Origin: Snowella sp.
GTDB taxonomy: Bacteria > Cyanobacteriota > Cyanobacteriia > Cyanobacteriales > Microcystaceae
Assembly (NCBI GenBank): GCA_035285545.1
Contig: JAYKGY010000043.1
Span: 1-64,000 of the forward strand
Direction of reading: 5' to 3'
DNA length: 64,000 bases
Position numbers and translations under genes: made by a program. Positions 1-10,822 of this stretch are shown here, one piece after another. Under the pieces are notes generated by a model. That model made no database searches and had not been told where the DNA came from. It saw nothing but the letters and a program-made list of their open reading frames with translations. Position 1 is the first letter of the stretch, and every line of letters begins with the position of its first letter.

Positions 1-508
1 CAAATTGCACCGCTTTTTGCCAATGGGTTCCTAACCGAGACATCCCCGTATCCAGCTTTAAATGTACCGGCAGTTTGCGCCCGATTTTTTCTAGGGTTTG
101 GGAAAACAAAACCGCTTGGGACTCATGACAGAGGGTCGGTTCTAATTTCCAGTGGGCGATCGCGCGGATTTCTTCCGGGGTATTAATCGCCCCTAAAATT
201 AAAATCGGAGCCGTAATGCCCGCTTCTCTCAGTTCAATCCCTTCGCCCAAGGTCGCGATCGCAAGCCACTCTGCCCCTGCCTGTAGGGCCATTTGCGCTA
301 CCCGTACTGCACCGTGCCCATAGGCATCTGCTTTGACCACAGCCATTAACGCTGTTCCCGATTGCAGTAACCCCTTAAATTGTCGAACGTTATGAATTAA
401 GGCTCCTTGATTAATTTCAACCCAAGCGCGTTGACGAATTAACTCAGACAATCGAAAATCATAACGCCCCTGCTCCACCAAATTAGGGCTTGATTCTTGA
501 CTTAACAC
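1..508 (-). CDS. alr: Alanine racemase, N-terminal part (runs off the window start; not in ORF track)
   Basis: Minus-strand translation from GTG at 508 gives ...RQRAWVEINQGALIHNV...LMAVVKADAYGHGA (PLP-lysine motif) and later HLKLDTGMSRLG. Confidence 0.95.
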   Translation of the reverse strand, partial: MLSQESSPNLVEQGRYDFRLSELIRQRAWVEINQGALIHNVRQFKGLLQSGTALMAVVKADAYGHGAVRVAQMALQAGAEWLAIATLGEGIELREAGITAPILILGAINTPEEIRAIAHWKLEPTLCHESQAVLFSQTLEKIGRKLPVHLKLDTGMSRLGTHWQKAVQF

Positions 509-610
509 AACCGTTCACTCCTCACACCAATCCACAGATTTACGTTAAAGATAAACGCAAATTGGCAAAAGTTCCAGTCGGTTTAAGAGTTTTTCAAGCT
601 TCCCCTAACA

Positions 611-1177
611 TTATGCAAAAATTGAACTGATCAGGCAGCTAAATCCAGGCAGTAACGATGAGCTTAATTCGTCATTCATCAGCAAGGTTTGCATTAAGAC
701 TAATTTGCCTTGTTCTCGTCGATAAACTTCTAATAACGGCGATCGCCAATCTGCAATCCAATATTCCTGAACCCCCCGATTAGAATACAACTTTAATTTC
801 GTTTCTCGGTCTCGACGAATATTATCGGTGCCGTCTGATAGGACTTCGACAATTAATTCAGGAGCCAAAATCAAATGTCCCGACTCATCCACCGCGATCG
901 CTAATCGTTCCCGACTCATCCAAATCAAATCAGGAATCACATTATCCGTATCAGTGAAAATAACCCCTGGTGTAATAATTGACTGACCCAAACCCGTCTG
1001 CATTGACCAATTATCTAAAAAAGTATGAATCCGACCCAGCGTGGTTTGATGTTTCCAATGGGAAGCGCGAGTCACTTCTAGTCTTCCGTCAATAATTTCA
1101 TAGTGATTAGGACTATCGGGCAATAGGGCTAAATCTGCCGAAGTCCATTGAATTTGCTCATTCGTGCCAGTTGTCAT
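611..1177 (-). CDS. Uma2 family (PD-(D/E)xK) putative endonuclease
   Basis: YEIIDG, VIPDLIW, APELIVEVLS, KLKLY..GVQEYWIAD, SSLLPGF motifs; likely ATG at 1177 (ORF track starts at 1201). Confidence 0.9.
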   Translation of the reverse strand: MTTGTNEQIQWTSADLALLPDSPNHYEIIDGRLEVTRASHWKHQTTLGRIHTFLDNWSMQTGLGQSIITPGVIFTDTDNVIPDLIWMSRERLAIAVDESGHLILAPELIVEVLSDGTDNIRRDRETKLKLYSNRGVQEYWIADWRSPLLEVYRREQGKLVLMQTLLMNDELSSSLLPGFSCLISSIFA

Positions 1178-1328
1178 GCTAAAATTCTGCCCAGCTAGCA
1201 TTAATCGGTGTTTTTATTGTAACAATCAGCAATTCGATAAGAGAACTCGTTCGCCAACGCTACGACTTAAATACTATTTGCTTACCCCAACAATTGCAGT
1301 GGGTTTACAATTTATGACAATAACGTAT

Positions 1329-1736
1329 TTAAGAAGATTTGACAGGAAAAAAAACAGCAGGCGATAAATTAAAAAAGTCTGCTAGTTTCTGGATATGTCC
1401 AACGGTTAATTGGCATTTTTCATTTAACACATCGGAAACAATAGATTCACTTTCAAAAATAAACACTAAATCTTTTTGCTTTAATTCACGTTCAGCCATT
1501 AATACTTTTAAAAGCTCTATTCCATAAATGTCAGGAATGATCTCTTCTTGCGCCTGTTCATAATCATAAACCAAACTCCCTAAAACTTCTAAATAATCTT
1601 CTTCATCTGGGCTAAGTTCTGACTTATCAAGGAGTTGATTTATCATCGCTTGAGTAGCTTCTAACCCTATTGCTGATGTAATAGGACGAGGAGGAAACGT
1701 TTGTAGTAATTGAAGATATTTGTCTACTGTTTTCAT
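1329..1736 (-). CDS. higA: HigA-type HTH antitoxin
   Basis: LEVLGSLVYDYE, C-terminal XRE HTH (LKQKDLV...SIVSDVLN...LTVGHIQKLADFF); lies downstream of higB. Confidence 0.85.
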   Translation of the reverse strand: MKTVDKYLQLLQTFPPRPITSAIGLEATQAMINQLLDKSELSPDEEDYLEVLGSLVYDYEQAQEEIIPDIYGIELLKVLMAERELKQKDLVFIFESESIVSDVLNEKCQLTVGHIQKLADFFNLSPAVFFPVKSS

Positions 1737-1806
1737 AAAATTGTATTTATATATTAATTAACTATAATAAAATTACTTTTCATCATTGCAACAAAAAAAC
1801 TTAACT

Positions 1807-2115
1807 TTAGCTACTAGAAAACCAAGTATCATTTTTCCATTGATTTTTATCATATTCTGCATGAGTTAAAACTGTCCGAATATAGACTCTTCCTTTCGGA
1901 AATACAATTTTTGTGATCAGTCTGTATTTATTCCCATTAATGTTAAAAACCGTCAGTTGTCCGACCATATCTGCGTGGGGAAAAGATTGACGGACATCAT
2001 CAAAATGCTTCCATCGGTGTTGATTAGCGACTTTATACCAAAATCTTAACCCAACTTCTGCTTGCGGGTGCTTTTCCCAAAATTGCTTGAGGTAGCTTTT
2101 GCTAATAATGTGCAT
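1807..2115 (-). CDS. higB: HigB toxin (RelE-superfamily mRNA interferase)
   Basis: MHIISK...FWEKHP...F.HAD.VG..TVFNI.GNKYRLI...VLTHAEYDK signature; toxin-first gene order. Confidence 0.9.
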   Translation of the reverse strand: MHIISKSYLKQFWEKHPQAEVGLRFWYKVANQHRWKHFDDVRQSFPHADMVGQLTVFNINGNKYRLITKIVFPKGRVYIRTVLTHAEYDKNQWKNDTWFSSS

Positions 2116-2336
2116 GAAAATTTAGTAGAGTAAGCATGACAGCCAAAATTTACTTTGGTTTAAAGCATGATGAAGAATAACTTCGATCTTAGTAATTTAC
2201 GAAGTGCCATACAGCATAGGATAATCACAAGTTTAATCATTGGACATTTTTCACGCTATTGCAATAGCTTCAGTCAAAACCACAGACGCTTACGTTACAC
2301 TGACATTATCAATCTTTCCTATTCTTTACCAGATTT

Positions 2337-3806
2337 ATGTCCCCGACTCTACTGATTTCCAAAGAATTACCCACACTTGATTACGTTTCTAACCGCGATC
2401 GCTTTGATCAAAGTTGGCAAGCTTCCCTCTCGACTCTTTTAGGTTTGGGACGGGCAGCGGGGGCAGATTTTGTAGAATTCTTTTTGGAAAAAGTTAATTA
2501 TATTAGCTGTTTAGCCGAAGAAGATGCCATCACTAGCCTTTCTCCCCGTTTATCGTCTGGTTGTGGGGTGCGAGTCTTTCGGGGCAAAGCTGATTGTTAT
2601 GTCAGCACCAACGATTTGTCCTTTAACGGACTGAAAATAGCATTAGAAAAAGCCCTATCCATTTTGGGGTTAAATTTGCCTGCGCCTTTTTCCTATATTC
2701 CTGAAATTAATTTGGAAATGTTTCGGGATTACGCCAGTACCAAGGGGAAAGAAGATTGGTTAAAAAATTGCAGTTCTATGCAGGAAATGAGTGAAATCCT
2801 ACTGCAAGCGAATGCTCGTCTCAATCAGAAAGCTAATCATGTGCAGTCTCGTCGTGCGGCTTATTTTCGCGATTGGCAAGAAGTTTTGGTGGCGGCCAGC
2901 GATGGAACCTTTGCCAGAGATATTCGCCTAACCCAATCAGTTGGTTATTCCTTACTCTGTGCAGATGGGGGGAATCGGGCTTCTATCGGTAAGCGATCGG
3001 GGAACACCAGTGATCCCAGTTATTTGCGCCATTGGGACTATGAAACAGCTTCGAGTGAAGTGGCTGAGTCAGCTGGCAAAATGCTCTATGCGGACTATGT
3101 GGAATCGGGGAATTATCCCATCATTATGGCCAATGAGTTTGGTGGCGTAATTTTCCACGAAGCCTGTGGTCATTTACTGGAAACGACTCAAATTGAGCAT
3201 AAAACTACGCCTTTTATGGATAAAAAGGGAGAAAAGATTGCTCATGAAAATTTAACGGCTTGGGATGAGGGGCTATCGGAAAATGCCTTTGGAACCATTG
3301 ATATGGACGATGAGGGAATGCCGGCCCAACGGACGTTACTCATTGAAAATGGAATTCTTAAAAACTTCATCAGCGATCGCACAGGATTTATGAGAACGGG
3401 TCATCCCCGTACTGGTAGCGGTCGTCGTCAAAGTTATGCCTATGCTGCGGCTTCTCGGATGCGGAATACCTATATCGCGCCTGGCAAATATTCGATGGAT
3501 GATTTGTTTAATTCCGTTGATAAGGGGATCTATTGTAAGCAAATGGGTGGCGGAAGTGTCGGCGCAACGGGTGAATTTAACTTTGCTGTATCTGAAGCTT
3601 ATTTAATTGAAAATGGACAGATTACTAAGCCTCTAAAAGGTGCAACTCTGATCGGAACCGCAACGGATATTATGAATAAAATTTCCATGTCTTCCCAAGA
3701 TTTAGGGTTAGCTGCCGGTTTCTGTGGCTCAGTCAGTGGCAGCATTTATGTCACCGTCGGTCAGCCTCATTTAAAAGTGGATTCCATTACGGTCGGTGGT
3801 CGTTAA
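2337..3806 (+). CDS. tldD: TldD metalloprotease subunit
   Basis: [10 protein letters not shown] metal motif, [33 protein letters not shown]. Confidence 0.93.
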   Translation: MSPTLLISKELPTLDYVSNRDRFDQSWQASLSTLLGLGRAAGADFVEFFLEKVNYISCLAEEDAITSLSPRLSSGCGVRVFRGKADCYVSTNDLSFNGLKIALEKALSILGLNLPAPFSYIPEINLEMFRDYASTKGKEDWLKNCSSMQEMSEILLQANARLNQKANHVQSRRAAYFRDWQEVLVAASDGTFARDIRLTQSVGYSLLCADGGNRASIGKRSGNTSDPSYLRHWDYETASSEVAESAGKMLYADYVESGNYPIIMANEFGGVIFHEACGHLLETTQIEHKTTPFMDKKGEKIAHENLTAWDEGLSENAFGTIDMDDEGMPAQRTLLIENGILKNFISDRTGFMRTGHPRTGSGRRQSYAYAAASRMRNTYIAPGKYSMDDLFNSVDKGIYCKQMGGGSVGATGEFNFAVSEAYLIENGQITKPLKGATLIGTATDIMNKISMSSQDLGLAAGFCGSVSGSIYVTVGQPHLKVDSITVGGR

Positions 3807-3827
3807 AACTTACTCAATAGGATAAAT

Positions 3828-3862
3828 CTCCCCTGAATCCTCCTTAGAAAGTGGGATTTTAA
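3828..3862. repeat. Degenerate REP-like palindromic repeat (CCCCTAAATCCCCC...GGGGGA type)
   Basis: ctcccctgaatcctccttagaaagtgggattt resembles the reverse complement of the gggggatttagggggc core at about 28071 and 55087. Confidence 0.5.
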
Positions 3863-3908
3863 GAGCTTAGTAACGATTTCTCTACAAACCTTTAGTTAAA
3901 AATTCGTC

Positions 3909-5249
3909 ATGTTAAACGTCCAAGAACTTGCCCAATATGCGGAAACCAGTGCCAAGGCATTAGGCATTCATCAATATGATATTTATGGTTCTTCTATCGA
4001 TGAAACCGAAGCCGAAGTTGCTTTTGGGGAACCGAAACAAGTCCAAGCCTCGAATCGTTCCAGCGTTATCGTTCGGGTCTGGAATGAAAAAAATATGATT
4101 GGGGTGACGAGTACCACCGATTTGGATGCTCAAGGCATTCAATTAGCCCTCGAAACCGCCGCCGAAGCCAGCCATTTTGGAATTACGGAAAATATTCCTG
4201 AATTTAGCCCCGAAGCAACTGCTCCCATCAGCGATCGCGGTCAACAGACAGCCGAACCGAAACCGATTAATATCCTCATTGATACCCTAATTGATGCAGA
4301 AAAAAAACTGCTAGCCGCCCATCCTGCAATTACAGGGGTTCCCTACAATGGCATTTCCCAACAAACCTCAGAACGCTTTTATCTCAACAGTGAGGGAGCT
4401 AAACGGCAGGAGGCTCGTTCCTACGCCATGATCTATCTCTACAGCCGCACGGAGCAGGAAGGGAAAAAGCCCCGTAGTGCTGGAGAAATGAAGATTAGTC
4501 GTAGTCTGGATAACCTAGATATTGATGGCTGTCTTCAGGAAGTGACGGAAAAGACCATTAGTTATCTGGACTATACCGTGATCGCGACGGGCAAATATCG
4601 CGTTGTGTTTTCTCCCACTGCCTTCTTGAGTTTACTGGGAGCCTTTTCTAATCTATTTAATGCCCAAAATATTTTAGATAAACAGAGCCTAGCAACCCCT
4701 GAAACGGTGGGAACGGAAATTGCTTCTCCCTTGCTGTCCGTTGCCGATGATGCCCTCCATCCCGATAATATTGGAGCCGAAACCTTTGATGGAGAAGGAA
4801 CACCCACCCGTCGCGTCGAGTTAATCAACAACGGAGTTTTAATAGGGTTATTGCACAGTGCAGGAACCGCTAAACGTTTCAATACCCAACCCACAGGGAA
4901 TGCCAATATTGGCGCAAAAGTAACGGTCGGTTCCCATTTTTATCATGTTTATTCAGGTCAACCCGCCGAACAAACCTATGATTTAAATACCGCTGAAAAC
5001 GTGATTTTAATTGATAAATTGCAGGCTCTCCATGCAGGCGTTAACTCTTTACAAGGATCATTTTCTTTGCCCTTCGATGGTTGGATTGTCAATAAAGGCG
5101 AAAAAATTAGCTTAGATTCCGTCACGGTTGCAGGGGATTTTCTGGAATTACTCAAATCCATTATTTACGTCGAGCTAGAGGCAGAAGTGACCCCCAGAGG
5201 CGTTTGTCCCCAGGTTTGGGTAGAGGGATTATCTATTACAGGCGAATAA
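3909..5249 (+). CDS. pmbA: TldE/PmbA protease partner
   Basis: FDGEG.PT, TGNA, SGSFSLP-like and VTVAGDF motifs; no HExxxH; follows tldD. Confidence 0.9.
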   Translation: MLNVQELAQYAETSAKALGIHQYDIYGSSIDETEAEVAFGEPKQVQASNRSSVIVRVWNEKNMIGVTSTTDLDAQGIQLALETAAEASHFGITENIPEFSPEATAPISDRGQQTAEPKPINILIDTLIDAEKKLLAAHPAITGVPYNGISQQTSERFYLNSEGAKRQEARSYAMIYLYSRTEQEGKKPRSAGEMKISRSLDNLDIDGCLQEVTEKTISYLDYTVIATGKYRVVFSPTAFLSLLGAFSNLFNAQNILDKQSLATPETVGTEIASPLLSVADDALHPDNIGAETFDGEGTPTRRVELINNGVLIGLLHSAGTAKRFNTQPTGNANIGAKVTVGSHFYHVYSGQPAEQTYDLNTAENVILIDKLQALHAGVNSLQGSFSLPFDGWIVNKGEKISLDSVTVAGDFLELLKSIIYVELEAEVTPRGVCPQVWVEGLSITGE

Positions 5250-5311
5250 CGCAATTCACCGCTCATTCGATTAATTTGCAACAAATTACGTTGCGATAAA
5301 GGAAAAACTTT

Positions 5312-5337
5312 GTAGGGACATAATATTTTATGTCCTT
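5312..5337. repeat. GTAG-type REP hairpin, possibly a bidirectional terminator between convergent pmbA and sufS
   Basis: gtag-g-GGACATAA-tatt-TTATGTCC-tt with an 8-bp perfect stem. Confidence 0.55.
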
Positions 5338-5355
5338 ATTTTGTCTCGAATTAAA

Positions 5356-6624
5356 CTAAATTTCGAAATCATTGCCATTAAAAAAGTCGATTGTCGATTT
5401 TAAAGAATGGATAAACCGATCAATTTCTTCGTAGGTATTGTAAAAGGATAAACTGGCTCTGGCACTCCCTGACGCATTAAACAAACGATGCAAAGGTTGG
5501 GTGCAATGATGCCCCGAACGAATCGCGATACCGTCTTGATCTAAAAGCGTAGATAAATCACTAGCATGAATGCCTTCCACATTAAAAGATGCTAAGGCCG
5601 CTCTCCCTTGTCCATCTTTGCTAGATTTTGGCCCATAAATGCGGAGTTGGGGAATTTCAGCTAACCGTTCAAATAAATAAGTGGTTAACTCCATTTCGTA
5701 GGCATGAATCGTATCCATCCCTAAATTCGTTAAATAATCAACTGCTGCGCCTAACGCGATCGCTTCTCCAATAGCAGGAGTTCCCGCCTCAAATTTATGG
5801 GGCAATTCCCCCACTGTAAAATGATCCAAATAGACCTCAGAAATCATTTCACCCCCACCAAAAAAAGGCGGCATTTCTTCAAGTACAGCCTGTTTTCCGT
5901 AGAGAAAACCAATCCCTGTTGGCGCACACATTTTATGGCCACTGGCTACTAACCAATCACAGTCAATTGCTTGAACATCAATAGGATAATGGGGCACACT
6001 TTGGCAAGCATCAATTAATACTTTTGCCCCTACTTGATGGGCCAATCGGGTAATTTCTTCAACGGGATTAATGCAACCCAATGTATTAGAAATATGGACA
6101 ACGGTAACTAATTTAGTTTTATCAGATAACAGGGTTTTAAACTGGGCTAAATCAAATTCTTCTGTATCCGTTAATTCGACATATTTAATCACGGCTCCCG
6201 TCTTTTGAGCAATGATTCGCCAAGGGACTAAATTACTGTGGTGTTCCATGACCGAAGTGATAATTTCATCCCCTGGTTTGAGGAAATTTAAGCCCCAACT
6301 ATAGGCGACAATATTAATGGCTTCGGTGGCATTGCGGGTATAAACAATTTCCTTGGGAGATGCGGCATTAATAAATTGAGCAACCTTATCTCTCGCTCCT
6401 TCATAAGCTTCCGTTGCCCTAGTACTTAACGTATGCGCGCCTCGATGAACATTGGCATTATCGGTCTGATAGTAATGTTCTAAACTGTTGAGAACCGTTA
6501 AGGGTTTTTGGGAAGTCGCGGCATTATCTAAATAGACCAAAGGATTGCCGTTAACTTGTTGATTCAAAATTGGAAAATCAGCCCGAACTTTATCCGCCAG
6601 CGTTCTTTGTTGAGTAGCAACCAT
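5356..6624 (-). CDS. sufS: Cysteine desulfurase SufS
   Basis: [16 protein letters not shown] (PLP lysine), RSGHHC catalytic motif; last gene of the suf operon. Confidence 0.97.
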   Translation of the reverse strand: MVATQQRTLADKVRADFPILNQQVNGNPLVYLDNAATSQKPLTVLNSLEHYYQTDNANVHRGAHTLSTRATEAYEGARDKVAQFINAASPKEIVYTRNATEAINIVAYSWGLNFLKPGDEIITSVMEHHSNLVPWRIIAQKTGAVIKYVELTDTEEFDLAQFKTLLSDKTKLVTVVHISNTLGCINPVEEITRLAHQVGAKVLIDACQSVPHYPIDVQAIDCDWLVASGHKMCAPTGIGFLYGKQAVLEEMPPFFGGGEMISEVYLDHFTVGELPHKFEAGTPAIGEAIALGAAVDYLTNLGMDTIHAYEMELTTYLFERLAEIPQLRIYGPKSSKDGQGRAALASFNVEGIHASDLSTLLDQDGIAIRSGHHCTQPLHRLFNASGSARASLSFYNTYEEIDRFIHSLKSTIDFFNGNDFEI

Positions 6625-6625
6625 A

Positions 6626-6674
6626 AATAGTTAATAATTAATAGTTAATAATTGATAATGAATAATTAACAATT
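6626..6674. repeat. Heptamer tandem repeat (STRR-like; AATAGTT/AATAATT units)
   Basis: aatagtt aataatt aatagtt aataatt gataatg aataatt aacaatt, directly upstream of the sufS start. Confidence 0.7.
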
Positions 6675-6768
6675 TTGGAGGGTGTCCTTGATAGTTTCAA
6701 TTAGCTTAAAAACTCTAATAATTTATAAAAAATTTAGTGAGAATTACGGCTTAGTATAATGAGTAACT

Positions 6769-8127
6769 TTAAATGGTTCTACAGGAAATGCACTGGCGTA
6801 AGCGTTGCTGTAGGGAAGTCACTGAAATTTGATCTAAGATTTCTCCTGCAAAGGCATCCAGTAATAAATGGCGTGCATCGTAATCATTTAGTCCTCGGCT
6901 TTGGAGATAGAAGATTTCATCGGCTTCCAATTGGCTAACGGTTGCCCCATGAGAACATTTCACATTATCTGCCGTAATTTGTAATTCAGGTTTGGTATTA
7001 ACCCGTGCTTTAGAGGATAGAACTAAGTTACGGTTCAACTGATTGGCATTGGTCATTTGGGCGGCTTTGGGAACGAAAACTTTGCCATTAAAGACCGCGT
7101 GAGAATATTCATCCACAATACACTTATGGAGTTGATTGGTTGTTCCGTGAGGATAGCGTAAATGAATGGCACTGTGGGTATCGGAGACTTGACGACCTGC
7201 AATAATCGTTAAACCATTGAGATTGGTTTCTGTTTGTTCGCCTTGTTGGAAAATCTCTAGGTTATGGCGGCAGAGTTTCGCCCCTAAGTTAAAGTCATAA
7301 ATGGTATAGCGGCTATTTTGGGCTTGCGCGATCGCGGTTTTGGCAATATGAAAACTATCCCCCGATTCCCGTTGATTTCGCAAATGGGTAACTTGAGCAT
7401 TTTCGGCTAAATAAATTTCTGTTACCGCATTAGTAAAATAGGGTTTATGTTGCGGCCAATCCGTACATTTTTCGCTAATTGCACCATAGGATTCAACTAA
7501 CGATACAGAGGAATGAGCTTCAGCAATCACTAACACTCTGGGCTGAATCAGCGAAGGAGTTCCCGAAACGACCGATAAAAAGAGTAAATGTAAAGGATGA
7601 CTAACAACCACATTCGCTTTCACCCAAACAATGGCGACATCCGTTAAACCAGATATGTTTAAAGCCGTAAAAAATTCGTCAGAACCTTCCTGCTTTCCTA
7701 AATACTGAGCCAGTTTTTCCCGTTCTGCTTCGGCTAACTGCTGAAGATTCCCAACGAAAACACCCTCTGGCAAGGCACTTACATCTGACAAATCAGGCGA
7801 GTAAATTCCATTGGTAAACACCAGACGGCTTTGTTGGGCTTCTTCTAAAACGAATTGGTTTAAAATCGCTGGTTCGAGAGGGGTTTCAACCGCAGTTTGA
7901 AAATCAATTTTGAGTAAATCGGAAAGATCGGTAAATTGCCATTCCTCATCCCGTTTATTGGGAACGCGAGATTCACCCAAGACCGTAGCCGCATTTTGCC
8001 GTAGTTCGGTTAAAAAAGCCGCTTCAATGACCGAAGTTTTGCGCTGGCTCTGCTGTAGAAATCGACCGACTGATGTTTCTTCTAGGGATTCTACAGATTT
8101 ATTTTCTAACACGGCTGCTAACGTCAT
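6769..8127 (-). CDS. sufD: Fe-S cluster assembly protein SufD
   Basis: EEWQFTDL, KPELQITADNVKCSHGATV, FYLQSRG. Confidence 0.96.
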   Translation of the reverse strand: MTLAAVLENKSVESLEETSVGRFLQQSQRKTSVIEAAFLTELRQNAATVLGESRVPNKRDEEWQFTDLSDLLKIDFQTAVETPLEPAILNQFVLEEAQQSRLVFTNGIYSPDLSDVSALPEGVFVGNLQQLAEAEREKLAQYLGKQEGSDEFFTALNISGLTDVAIVWVKANVVVSHPLHLLFLSVVSGTPSLIQPRVLVIAEAHSSVSLVESYGAISEKCTDWPQHKPYFTNAVTEIYLAENAQVTHLRNQRESGDSFHIAKTAIAQAQNSRYTIYDFNLGAKLCRHNLEIFQQGEQTETNLNGLTIIAGRQVSDTHSAIHLRYPHGTTNQLHKCIVDEYSHAVFNGKVFVPKAAQMTNANQLNRNLVLSSKARVNTKPELQITADNVKCSHGATVSQLEADEIFYLQSRGLNDYDARHLLLDAFAGEILDQISVTSLQQRLRQCISCRTI

Positions 8128-8195
8128 TGGTTAAATTCCTAATACTTAAAATCTAATTTATCGGAAACAAAACAGTACGGGATAAGCTGCAATAC

Positions 8196-8966
8196 TTAGG
8201 CAGTGGCTAACAGCTTTTCATCAAGAAAATCATACCCTTTGGCTTCTAATTCGTGGGCGAGTTCCTTGTCTCCACTCATAACAATCCGACCATCATACAT
8301 GACATGAACATAATCGGGTTCGATGTAGTTTAATAGCCGTTGATAGTGGGTAATGACAATACAGGCATTATCATCGGTTTTTAACTGATTAACACCCTCG
8401 GAAACGATCCGCAACGCATCAATATCTAAGCCAGAATCAATTTCATCTAAGATCGATAAAGTTGGTTCTAAAATAGCCATTTGCAGAATTTCATTACGTT
8501 TCTTTTCCCCACCCGAAAAGCCTTCATTTAAGCTACGGTCTAGGAAGCTCGGATTCATTTTGACTACTTCGAGTTTTTCTTGAACTAAATCTTCAAAATC
8601 AAAGGTATCAATTTCTTCTAATCCTAAATATTTCTGCTTGGCATTGTAAGCAATACGAAGAAAGTCTAAGTTACTTACGCCAGGGATTTCTAAGGGATAT
8701 TGGAATGCTAAAAAAATTCCTGCTAAGGCGCGTTCGTTGGGTTCTTTATCCAATAAACTTTCGCCTTTGTAAAGAATGTCTCCTGCGGTCACTTCGTATT
8801 CAGGATGACCTGTTAAAACTTTAGAAAAAGTACTTTTGCCTGAGCCATTCCGTCCCATGATGGCGTGGGTTTCCCCTGCCTTTACTTCTAAATTTAGCCC
8901 TTTTAAAATGGGGGAGCCGTCAACGGTAGCGTGGAGATTTTTTACAGATAAGATAGTATTACTCAT
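8196..8966 (-). CDS. sufC: Fe-S cluster assembly ATPase SufC
   Basis: [43 protein letters not shown]. Confidence 0.97.
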   Translation of the reverse strand: MSNTILSVKNLHATVDGSPILKGLNLEVKAGETHAIMGRNGSGKSTFSKVLTGHPEYEVTAGDILYKGESLLDKEPNERALAGIFLAFQYPLEIPGVSNLDFLRIAYNAKQKYLGLEEIDTFDFEDLVQEKLEVVKMNPSFLDRSLNEGFSGGEKKRNEILQMAILEPTLSILDEIDSGLDIDALRIVSEGVNQLKTDDNACIVITHYQRLLNYIEPDYVHVMYDGRIVMSGDKELAHELEAKGYDFLDEKLLATA

Positions 8967-9012
8967 TAGTTAATAGTGAATAGTGAATAGTTAATAATTA
9001 ATAGTTAGATAG
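8967..9012. repeat. Heptamer tandem repeat (STRR-like)
   Basis: tagttaa tagtgaa tagtgaa tagttaa taattaa tagttag, directly upstream of the sufC start. Confidence 0.7.
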
Positions 9013-9022
9013 CATTAGCAAT

Positions 9023-9045
9023 GACGGGCAAGATGCCCATCCCAC
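9023..9045 (-). repeat. GTGG-type REP hairpin
   Basis: Minus strand reads GTGG-GATGGGCA-tct-TGCCCGTC. Confidence 0.6.
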
Positions 9046-9056
9046 GGTTGATTCAG

Positions 9057-10499
9057 TTAACCGACGGTTCCTTCGAGTTTTAAACTCAGAAGTTTATCTG
9101 CTTCCGCTGCAAATTCCATCGGTAATTCATTCAGAACATCTTTACAGAAGCCACTGACGAGCAGAGAAATGGCATCTTCTTCAGAAATTCCTCGTTGGGC
9201 AAAGTAAAACAGTTGATCTTCTCCAATTTTAGAAGTCGATGCTTCGTGTTCTACCCTTGCTGTGTTGTTATCGACTTGAATATAGGGGAATGTGTTGGCT
9301 TCTGCATTATCCCCAATCAGCATGGAATCACATTGAGAGTAATTTCTGGCTCCTTTGGCATTTGGCCCCACTTTTACCAGCCCACGATAACTATTTTGAG
9401 AGCCGCCCGCCGAAATTCCTTTAGAAATAATAGTGCTGCGGGTATTTTTGCCAATGTGGATCATTTTGGTTCCCGTATCGGCTTGCTGTTTATTATTGGT
9501 CAGCGCGATCGAGTAAAATTCCCCAACGGAATTATCCCCGACTAAAACACAACTGGGATATTTCCAAGTAATCGCAGAACCTGTTTCTACCTGTGTCCAA
9601 GAAATTTTAGAGTTAACGCCTTTACACAAACCCCGCTTGGTTACGAAGTTATAAATGCCGCCTTTCCCGTTTTCATCCCCTGCATACCAGTTTTGGACGG
9701 TGGAATATTTAATATCCGCATTGTCTAACGCGACTAATTCCACAACGGCAGCATGGAGTTGATTGCTATCGTACATAGGAGCCGTACAGCCTTCGAGATA
9801 ACTCACAGACGCGCCTTCTTCGGCCACAATTAGGGTTCGTTCAAACTGACCTGTATCACCGTTATTAATCCGAAAATAGGTGGAGAGTTCCATTGGGCAC
9901 TTCACGCCTTTAGGAATGAAGACAAAGGAACCGTCACTGAATACCGCCGAGTTTAAAGCGGCAAAATAATTATCCGCAATGGGGACAACGCTACCCAGAT
10001 ATTTTTCAACGAGATCGGGATGTTCCTGTAATGCTTCAGAAATAGAGCAGAAAATTACCCCGTCTTTGGCGAGTTTTTCTTTAAAGGTTGTACCAATAGA
10101 GACACTATCGAAAATCGCATCGACAGCAACGTTACTGAGCCGTTTTTGTTCAGAGAGCGGAATGCCTAATTTCTCAAAGGTTTCTAATAGGGTCGGGTCA
10201 ACTTCATCCAAGCTGTCTAATTTTTCTTTCTTTTGCTTGGGGGCTGAATAATAAATAATATCTTGATAGTTGATGGGGGGATAGTGGACGTGTGGCCAGG
10301 TCGGTTCGGTCATCTTGAGCCACTGATGGTAAGCTTTGAGACGAAACGCCAACATAAATTCGGGTTCGTTCTTTTTGGCGGAAATGAGACGAACGACATC
10401 TTCACTCAGACCCTTGGGAATGGTATCCGATTCAATGTCTGTGATAAAACCGTATTTGTAGGGTTGGTTAACTAGTGTTTTAACTGTTGTCGCGCTCAT
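9057..10499 (-). CDS. sufB: Fe-S cluster assembly protein SufB
   Basis: [42 protein letters not shown]. Confidence 0.98.
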   Translation of the reverse strand: MSATTVKTLVNQPYKYGFITDIESDTIPKGLSEDVVRLISAKKNEPEFMLAFRLKAYHQWLKMTEPTWPHVHYPPINYQDIIYYSAPKQKKEKLDSLDEVDPTLLETFEKLGIPLSEQKRLSNVAVDAIFDSVSIGTTFKEKLAKDGVIFCSISEALQEHPDLVEKYLGSVVPIADNYFAALNSAVFSDGSFVFIPKGVKCPMELSTYFRINNGDTGQFERTLIVAEEGASVSYLEGCTAPMYDSNQLHAAVVELVALDNADIKYSTVQNWYAGDENGKGGIYNFVTKRGLCKGVNSKISWTQVETGSAITWKYPSCVLVGDNSVGEFYSIALTNNKQQADTGTKMIHIGKNTRSTIISKGISAGGSQNSYRGLVKVGPNAKGARNYSQCDSMLIGDNAEANTFPYIQVDNNTARVEHEASTSKIGEDQLFYFAQRGISEEDAISLLVSGFCKDVLNELPMEFAAEADKLLSLKLEGTVG

Positions 10500-10614
10500 C
10501 GGATCGGTGTTCTCCCGTATGACTGGTGTTTTGCCTCAAAGCCTTTTCCTAATTAGGTTTGATGACGAGAGGTAAAATCAAAAATAAATGTTCTCAAGGA
10601 TGGTGGTAGTTAAA

Positions 10615-10668
10615 CAACATCTTAGTTTCTTAACTCTATTCTAGAATAGATTAACAACAAGTTAGTTG
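10615..10668. promoter_or_regulatory. Two SufR operator sites (CAAC-N6-GTTG)
   Basis: CAACatcttaGTTT (10615-10628) and perfect CAACaagttaGTTG (10655-10668), 26 bp apart, in the divergent sufB-sufR region. Confidence 0.85.
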
Positions 10669-10822
10669 TCAAAGTCGGTAGACAATTTGTTGGGATGGTC
10701 AAAAAGTTAGTTAGACTGAATGCTGATCTAACTCAGTAGACAACCCGTTCTAGTTTACTCTAATTTGTAAATCGGCTTTGTTCTTCTTTCTACGCTTTTG
10801 ATTTCTTTTGTGGGCGATCGCT

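Noticed and set aside
6626..6674. CRISPR array (also considered for 8967-9012 and 41619-41732)
   Set aside because: These are 7-bp tandem units without spacers or an in-frame coding duplication; no cas genes are present.
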